DNA of 64,000 nucleotides from assembly GCA_963755025.1 (NCBI GenBank), contig CAVWIH010000034.1:1-64000 (forward strand), read 5' to 3'. This document shows positions 54,722 to 64,000 of this stretch, in pieces (within the stretch, counting starts at the first letter, position 1; each line of letters opens with the position of its first letter). Both the position numbers and the translations under genes were made by a program. The notes beneath the pieces are model-generated. The model had not been told where the DNA came from, did no database searches, and saw nothing but the letters and a program-made list of their open reading frames with translations. Source of the stretch: an uncultured Actinomycetes bacterium (GTDB taxonomy: Bacteria; Actinomycetota; Thermoleophilia; UBA2241).

Positions 54722-55581
54722 AGTTCCTCAAGCGCATCCCCGCCTGGGCGTGGCTGGTCATCGGGCTGGCCGTGCTCGTCGGGCTGGCTCTGCTGCCGGG
54801 CAGCAAGAAGGCGACCTTCGACGTCTCGGGCGAGTTCCTGCTTCATCCGATCATCAGGCTCCCCAAGGTCGGACCGATCGACCTGTCGATCACCAAGCCG
54901 GTCATCTACTTGTGGCTCACGGTCGTCGTGGTCTGCATCTTCGCGGCGCTCATCAACCGCGGCCTCAAGACCAAGCCCGGGCGCTTTCAGGCGGCGATGG
55001 AAGGACTCTACGACCTCGCTCGCGACGGCATCTCGGGCGCGGTCATGAAGGGCAGCGGCGCCACCACGTGGTTCCCCTATATCGGCGGAGCGTTCTTCTT
55101 CATCCTGGTGTGCAACCTGATCGGCCTGATCCCGCTGCCTTTCGGCGTGGGCCACCAACTCGCCTTCTACGCCGCGACGGGCAACATCAACGTCACCATC
55201 ACGCTGGCCGTGTTCACGTTCGTCTTCACCCACTACGCGGGCATTCGCAAGAAGGGCCCGATCGGCTACGTCAAGGGCTGGGTCGTTCCCGCTCCGCCGG
55301 TTCTTAAGCAGTTCATCTTCGTGTCCGACGTCATCAGCGAGGTCTTCCGTCTGGTCTCGCTGTCGGTCCGACTTTTCGCCAACATGATCGCCGGTCACTT
55401 CATCCTGGCCGTGTTCTTTGCGATGGTGCTCGTGTTCCAGAGCTACCTGCTCGGCACCGTCCTGCAAGTCGGTTCAGTGGCGGTCTTCATGTTCGAGATC
55501 TTCGTAGCGGCCATCCAGGCGTTCATCTTCTCCATCCTTTCGGCCGTCTATATCGGCACGGCGCTCGAACAGGAACATTGA
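54718..55581 (+). CDS. atpB: ATP synthase F0 subunit a
   Basis: PGRFQAAME, NLIGLIP, SLSVRLFANMIAGH and IQAFIFSILSAVY. Confidence 0.96.
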   Translation: MKFLKRIPAWAWLVIGLAVLVGLALLPGSKKATFDVSGEFLLHPIIRLPKVGPIDLSITKPVIYLWLTVVVVCIFAALINRGLKTKPGRFQAAMEGLYDLARDGISGAVMKGSGATTWFPYIGGAFFFILVCNLIGLIPLPFGVGHQLAFYAATGNINVTITLAVFTFVFTHYAGIRKKGPIGYVKGWVVPAPPVLKQFIFVSDVISEVFRLVSLSVRLFANMIAGHFILAVFFAMVLVFQSYLLGTVLQVGSVAVFMFEIFVAAIQAFIFSILSAVYIGTALEQEH

Positions 55582-55636
55582 GGCAGATGGCCGTGTTCAG
55601 CTCGCTGTGGTCTGGTAGATATCAAGGAGGAGTCAC

Positions 55637-55906
55637 ATGGATGTAAGCGCCGCTACGGTCGCCGCTGCGGCGACGACCGAGACCGGTCTCAGGTTGCTCG
55701 GGGCGGGACTCGCCGCCGGGTTGGGAGTCGTGGGTCCGGGCGTCGGTATGGGTGTCCTGTTCGGCAGCGCCATTGAGAGCATCGCCCGCCAGCCGGAGCT
55801 CCGTGGCGAGATCCGCCTGAACATGTTCATCGGCATCGGCATCATCGAGGCGCTGGCTCTGTATGCCCTCGTCGTCGCCCTGATCCTTCTGTTCGTGGTC
55901 AAGTAA
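55637..55906 (+). CDS. atpE: ATP synthase F0 subunit c (H+-type signature)
   Basis: GxGxGxG, ARQPE loop, IIEALALY; AAGGAGG RBS. Confidence 0.96.
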   Translation: MDVSAATVAAAATTETGLRLLGAGLAAGLGVVGPGVGMGVLFGSAIESIARQPELRGEIRLNMFIGIGIIEALALYALVVALILLFVVK

Positions 55907-55942
55907 GTTGCACCATCCCCGCGAACGAGGAGTGAGCAAGTC

Positions 55943-56455
55943 ATGCTGCTGAGCATCAATCCGGGGCTGATGGTGTGGACGGCTATCACGTTCGGCATCT
56001 CGGTCTTCGTCTTGTGGCGGTTCGCGTTCGGCCCGCTGCAGAAGGTCATCGACGAGCGTCGTTCGAAGATCACCGAGAGCATCGATACGGCCGAAGAGAC
56101 GCGCGCCGAAGCCGCCCGTCTGCTCTCCGAGTATCGCGAGACGCTCGCTTCGGTACGCGCTGAGGCCGAAGAGATCCTCGAGCGTTCGCGCAAGGCCGGC
56201 GACACGACCAAAGCCGAGATCCTCGCCGAAGCGCGGCATCAGGCACAGCGCACGGTCGAGAAGGCCCAGGAGCAACTCGAGCGCGACGTCCGCGTGGCGC
56301 TGCAGCAACTCAAGGGCGAGATCGCCGGCCTCACGCTCATGGCCACCGAACAGGTCGTGGGCAGGTCACTCAACGACGCCGATCACCGACGCCTGATCGA
56401 CGAGGCGCTGCGCACCGCCAATCTCGACGATCTCGAACTCGGGAACGGCCGGTGA
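55943..56455 (+). CDS. atpF: ATP synthase F0 subunit b
   Basis: N-terminal TM, PLQKVIDERRSKI, coiled coil. Confidence 0.93.
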   Translation: MLLSINPGLMVWTAITFGISVFVLWRFAFGPLQKVIDERRSKITESIDTAEETRAEAARLLSEYRETLASVRAEAEEILERSRKAGDTTKAEILAEARHQAQRTVEKAQEQLERDVRVALQQLKGEIAGLTLMATEQVVGRSLNDADHRRLIDEALRTANLDDLELGNGR

Positions 56456-57005
56456 GCGACAGCGGAATCGCGCGAGTGTACGCGGTCGCGCTGTTCGAGG
56501 CGGCGACCGCGGCCGGCACCGTTGGGCCCACCGGCGGCGACCTACGCGAGTTTGTCGACGCGCTCGATGAGTCGCAGGCGCTGGCCAACGTGGTCTACAA
56601 CCCGCAGATCGAGCCCGAGGTCAAGCTGCGCGTGCTCGCTGGTCTCACGGGCGACGCGAACCGCCTCGCTGCAGGGTTGTTGAACGTAATGCTCGAAAAG
56701 GGCCGCTTCACGCTGGTCGGCAAGGTCGCCGACGAGTACGAGCGCTACGTCGCGCGGGCGGCCAGGGTGATCGAGGTCGAAGTCACTACGGCCGTCCCGG
56801 TCGCACCCGAGGTCGAGAGCCTCATCGTAGAACGGGTGCGGCGCACGACCGGCGGCGAACCAAGACTGACGAAACGGGTCGATCCAGGCATCCTGGGCGG
56901 GCTCGTGCTGCGCGTCGACGATCTGCTGGTCGACGGTAGCCTGCGCGCGCGCATCCAGCAGCTCGACGACCGATTGAGAACGGCAGACGTGAGAGGTGGC
57001 GACAA

Positions 57006-57009
<4 letters not shown>
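56452..57009 (+). CDS. atpH: ATP synthase F1 delta subunit
   Basis: ARVYAVALF and [22 protein letters not shown]. Confidence 0.93.
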
Positions 57010-58541
<1,532 letters not shown>

Positions 58542-58542
58542 C

Positions 58543-59420
58543 ATGGCGACTCTGCAGGACATCCGGAGGCGCATCGCCTCCACAGAGAACACGCGCAAGA
58601 TCACCAAGGCGATGGAGCTGGTATCGGCGGCCAAGCTGCGGCGCGCGCAGGCACGCATGGAGGCGCTGCGGCCGTACGCCGGCGCCATGATCGAGATGAT
58701 GCGCGACCTGGCCACCTTCGCGGTCGCCAAGAGTTCGTTCGCACTGTTGCGTGAGCACGACTCCGCGAAGGCCGAAGCCCTGCTCGTCATCACCGGCGAC
58801 CGCGGCCTGGCCGGGGCGTTCAACGCCAACGTGCTGCGCGCCTGCCTTGCCGCCGACCGCGAACTCGAAAGCAAGGGTCTCGACCGCAAGCTGCTCGTGG
58901 TCGGCAAGAAGGGCATCGGCACGCTGCGCTTTCGCGGCGTGCCGCTCGAGCAGACCTGGTCGGGCAAGAGCGACCGGCCGACCTACGCCGACGCTCAGGC
59001 CATCGCCCACCACGTCATCGAGCTGTACACGAGCGAACAGGTCGACCGTGTGCGCCTGATCTACAACCACTTCAAGACCCCCATCGAGCAGACGCTGATG
59101 GACGTGCAGATCCTGCCCATCCTGCCGCAAGAGGTCTACTTGCAGGACCGCGAGCGTCAGCCGGTGTCGTACCTCTACGAACCGGGAGACGCCGAGGTCT
59201 TCGAGTCCCTGCTGCCGCGGTACGTCGAGATCGCGATCTACCGCGCGCTGCTCGAATCGAGCGCGAGCGAGCAGGGCGCCCGCATGAGCGCCATGCGCAA
59301 CGCAAGCGAGAGCGCCGACGACCTGATCGACGCCTACACGCTCTCCATGAACCGCGCGCGGCAAGCTTCGATCACCCAGGAGATCCTCGAGGTCGTGGCC
59401 GGAGCCGAAGCGCTCGGCTA

Positions 59421-59421
<1 letters not shown>
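58543..59421 (+). CDS. atpG: ATP synthase F1 gamma subunit
   Basis: KITKAMELVSAAK, DRGLAGAFN and RARQASITQEILEV. Confidence 0.97.
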
Positions 59422-60988
<1,567 letters not shown>

Positions 60989-60990
60989 CC

Positions 60991-61425
60991 ATGACCGACC
61001 CAGACGCGCACAGCCTGCAGGTCGAGATCGTCACGCCCGACGGCTCGGTGTACACCGGCGAAGCGAGCATGGTGATCGTGCCCGGCGTCGAAGGCGAGCT
61101 CGGCTTTCTGCCGCACCACGAGCCGCTGGTCTCGCTCGTGGCGATCGGCGAGGCCCGCGTGCAGCTGCCCGACGGCGTCTGGGAGCGCTTCGCCACCGGC
61201 ATCGGCTACGTGCAGGTGCTGTTCGACAAAGTGCTCCTGGTCGTCGACCAGGCCGAGCAGGCGGGCAAGATCGACGTGGCCCGCGCCGAGGCGGCCCGCA
61301 AGCGGGCCGACGAGCGGCTCGCCCTGCGCGGCGACCCGGGCGCCCACGCCGAGGTCGACTTCTACAAGGCCGAGCAGGCGCTGCGCCGCTCCGAGAACCG
61401 GCTGAAGGTCGCGGCTCGCGTATGA
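60991..61425 (+). CDS. atpC: ATP synthase F1 epsilon subunit
   Basis: VEIVTPDG, GELGFLPHHEP and IDVARAEAA. Confidence 0.95.
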   Translation: MTDPDAHSLQVEIVTPDGSVYTGEASMVIVPGVEGELGFLPHHEPLVSLVAIGEARVQLPDGVWERFATGIGYVQVLFDKVLLVVDQAEQAGKIDVARAEAARKRADERLALRGDPGAHAEVDFYKAEQALRRSENRLKVAARV

Positions 61426-61511
61426 GCGCGCCCCGGCGCGCCCTGCCGGGCGACGGCGAGGCTGGGTCGGGGCCGCGCCCCACGGCCGGCGCGTCGCGGG
61501 GCCGGCCGTGA
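61422..61511 (+). other. 29-codon bridging ORF between atpC and murA
   Basis: ATGA overlap with the atpC stop; MSAPRRALPGDGEAGSGPRPTAGASRGRP*; GTGA overlap with the murA start. Confidence 0.45.
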
Positions 61512-62809
61512 ACGAGCCCGATCACAAGCCGCGCTCGCTGCTCGTGCGCGGCGGCCACCGGCTCGAGGGCGAGATCGCCCTGGCCGGCGCCAAGAACTCC
61601 GCCCTCAAGCTCATGGCGGCCAGCCTGCTGGCCGCCGAGCCCTCGACCATTCGCCGCGTGCCGCGCATCGCCGACGTCTTCACCATGATCGACATGCTGC
61701 GCGCCCTCGGCGCCCAGGTGAGCTTCGACGACGGCGAGCTGCGTATCGACCCTTCGGGCCGGTTGAACGACCGCGCGCCCTACGACCTCGTGCGGCGCAT
61801 GCGGGCCAGCATCATCGTGATGGGCCCCATGGTCGCCCGCCTGGGCCGCGCCACCATCGCCATGCCCGGCGGCTGCAACATAGGCCCGCGGCGCATCGAC
61901 TTTCACATTCGCGGGCTCGAAAGGCTGGGCGCGCAGATCGAGATCGAGCACGGCTTCATCGAAGTCACAAGCGACGGTCTGCGCGGCGCCACGGTGCCGC
62001 TCGACTACCCGAGCGTGGGGGCGACCGAGAACCTCCTCATGGCCGCCACGGCGGCCGAGGGCACGACCGTCATCGACAACGCCGCGCGCGAGCCCGAGAT
62101 CGTCGACCTCGCCAAGTTCCTCATGTCGATGGGCGCGCACATCCACGGCGCCGGCACGAGCTCCATAGCCATCGAGGGCGGCCACGAGCTGCACGGCGCC
62201 ATCCACGAGGTCGTCGCCGACCGCATCGAGGCCGGCACCTACCTGCTGGCCGGCGTGGCCACCGGCGGCGACGTCACGGTGCGCGGCCTCAACCCGGCCT
62301 GCCTCGAGCTGTTCTGCAACAAGCTGCGCGCCATGGGCGTGCAGGTCGACGAAGGCGACCGCTCCATCCGCGCCCGGGCGCGCGGCGCGCTGCGTCCGGT
62401 CGACGTCTCGACGCTGCCGCATCCGGGCTTCGCCACCGACCTACAGGCCCAGTTCATGGTCGCGCTGTCGCTGGCCGAGGGCACCTCGATCGTCACCGAG
62501 AACGTCTTCGAGAACCGCTTCGCAGTGGTCGACGAGCTCAACCGTCTGGGCGCCGGCATCACCACGAGCGGCCATCACGCCGTGGTCACCGGGCCGCGCC
62601 AGCTCACCGGCAGCGTCGTCGAGTCGCCCGACCTGCGCGGCGGCGCCGCGCTCACCATCGCCGGCCTCGTGGCCGAGGGCCTGACCGAGGTGCGCGGCCT
62701 GCACCACATCGACCGCGGATACGAGGCCTTCGACACCAAGCTCGTGAGCCTGGGAGCCGACGTCGAGCGGGTCGAAGGCGACCGCCGTTCGGGGGCCGCG
62801 ACCGCCTGA
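61508..62809 (+). CDS. murA: UDP-N-acetylglucosamine 1-carboxyvinyltransferase (Cys-type)
   Basis: GAKNSAL, MRASI, PGGCNIGPR, SVGATEN, PGFATDLQ, FENRF and DLRGGA. Confidence 0.97.
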   Translation: MNEPDHKPRSLLVRGGHRLEGEIALAGAKNSALKLMAASLLAAEPSTIRRVPRIADVFTMIDMLRALGAQVSFDDGELRIDPSGRLNDRAPYDLVRRMRASIIVMGPMVARLGRATIAMPGGCNIGPRRIDFHIRGLERLGAQIEIEHGFIEVTSDGLRGATVPLDYPSVGATENLLMAATAAEGTTVIDNAAREPEIVDLAKFLMSMGAHIHGAGTSSIAIEGGHELHGAIHEVVADRIEAGTYLLAGVATGGDVTVRGLNPACLELFCNKLRAMGVQVDEGDRSIRARARGALRPVDVSTLPHPGFATDLQAQFMVALSLAEGTSIVTENVFENRFAVVDELNRLGAGITTSGHHAVVTGPRQLTGSVVESPDLRGGAALTIAGLVAEGLTEVRGLHHIDRGYEAFDTKLVSLGADVERVEGDRRSGAATA

Positions 62810-62918
62810 GCGAACGCCCGCACTGGCGCCTGCCGTGGCCTTGCGTCGCGACGGGTTGGCCGCGTGCGGTACAATCGTCTGACCGGGATGCAGCCGCCAT
62901 GCTCATCCGCGTCACGCC

Positions 62919-64000
62919 ATGGAGCCGCCACAGGTGCCGCAGTACACGCGCTACACCGTAACGCCCCGACGAACCGCCGCGCCCGCCTGGGTGCGCGTCC
63001 TCAAGTGGACCGTGCTGCTGCTCGTCGTCGTCTCGGCTCTCACCTTCGGCATGGCGTTCGGGTACCTGCAGAACACGCTGGCCCGGACCGGTGGCGGGAC
63101 CAAAGCGGAAAAGGCCACCGTCAAGGCGGTGCAAAAGCAGCTCACCGTTCAGCAGAGCAAGCACGCGCCGGTGAACATCCTGCTGCTGGGGAGCGACCGG
63201 CGCGAACACCTGGCCGGCGACACGGGGCGTTCCGACACCATCATGCTGCTGCGCATCGACCCCTCCACAAAGAGCATCTCGATGCTGTCGATCCCCCGCG
63301 ACCTGCGCGTCGAGATCCCCGGCTACGGCACCGACCGCATCAACGCGGCCTACTCCGACGGCGGGCCCGCCCTGTCGGTGGCGACCTTCAAGCTGCTCAC
63401 CGGCCTGCCGGTGAACCACTTCATCGACGTCAACTTCACCGGCTTCACCGACATGGTCAACTACCTGGGCGGCGTTTACCTCGACGTCGACCGCCAGTAC
63501 TACAACAATACTGCGGTCACCGGCTACTCTTCGATCGACCTGAACGCCGGCTACCAGCGCCTGAACGGCCGCGACGCCTTGAGCTTCGTGCGCTTCCGCC
63601 ACGACCAGCTCGGCGATTGGGGCCGCATGCAGCGCCAGCAGCTCTTCTTGCGCGAGCTCCGGCGCCAGGCGCTGCGCTGGCAGAACGTGTTCAAGCTGCC
63701 CAAGCTCATCGACACGATGACGAGCAACACCGTCTCCGACGTCTCGTCGATCAAGAAGCTGCTCGGCCTGGTCGAGCTGGCGCTGGGCGCCAACACGCAA
63801 CACATCTACCAGACCCATCTGGTCGGCACGCCCATCGTGATCAACGGCGCCGACGAACTCGAGGCCTCGCCGGCCGACGTCGCCGCGGTCGTCGACCAGT
63901 TCATGCACCCGCTCCACCCGCCGGTGACGCACGTCGCGGGCGAGACGCAATCCAAAAGCTCCTTCACCGTCACGGTGAGCAACGGCGGCGCCGCCGCCGG
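62919..64000 (+). CDS. LCP (LytR-CpsA-Psr) family phosphotransferase, runs off the window
   Basis: Read by hand: TM helix, NILLLGSDRR, RSDTIMLL, SIPRD, RINAAY, FVRFRH and DWGRMQRQQ. Confidence 0.92.
   Translation, partial: MEPPQVPQYTRYTVTPRRTAAPAWVRVLKWTVLLLVVVSALTFGMAFGYLQNTLARTGGGTKAEKATVKAVQKQLTVQQSKHAPVNILLLGSDRREHLAGDTGRSDTIMLLRIDPSTKSISMLSIPRDLRVEIPGYGTDRINAAYSDGGPALSVATFKLLTGLPVNHFIDVNFTGFTDMVNYLGGVYLDVDRQYYNNTAVTGYSSIDLNAGYQRLNGRDALSFVRFRHDQLGDWGRMQRQQLFLRELRRQALRWQNVFKLPKLIDTMTSNTVSDVSSIKKLLGLVELALGANTQHIYQTHLVGTPIVINGADELEASPADVAAVVDQFMHPLHPPVTHVAGETQSKSSFTVTVSNGGAAA

Noticed and set aside
55637-55906. Na+-coupled ATP synthase
   Set aside because: The c subunit has GPGVGMG and EAL rather than the Q...ES/T Na+ signature.

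Overview
This is high-GC bacterial chromosome. Gene content and order (ilvBN-ilvC-serA-leu-ilvE-cimA-FAH, hisZ/short hisG, tsaC-rpiB-dCMP deaminase-tagO/wecA-atpZI-atpBEFHAGDC-murA-LCP, leaderless TANNNT promoters) suggest a deep-branching, possibly anaerobic member of Actinomycetota; this is inference only. 0-6 kb is an accessory or rearranged edge: a truncated helical protein meets two N-terminally truncated Ig-domain surface-protein genes, one carrying a near-perfect 3x267-bp repeat. Next come envelope genes, ltaE, a YtrA-type GntR/ABC cassette, a 4-hydroxybutyrate operon (abfD, a CGGCNP protein, CoA transferase, Fe-ADH), gdhA, a divergent PII, trxA, a branched-chain amino acid/serine supercluster with a Leu-leader element, a HicAB-like pair, dnaE, a partial his operon and the F1Fo ATP synthase operon. 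About a dozen genes carry single-base frameshifts that look like long-read errors. Two observations stand out. (1) In hisZ-hisG-hisD-hisB, HisG and HisB are intact ORFs that have lost their catalytic motifs while HisD keeps its own, so they are candidate pseudoenzymes. (2) Recurrent mini-ORFs bridge intergenic gaps through stop/start overlaps at both ends, including a chain of three 12-codon ORFs at exact 35-nt spacing between hisG and hisD, which may relay ribosomes. All family assignments come from motif recognition by eye; no searches were run.
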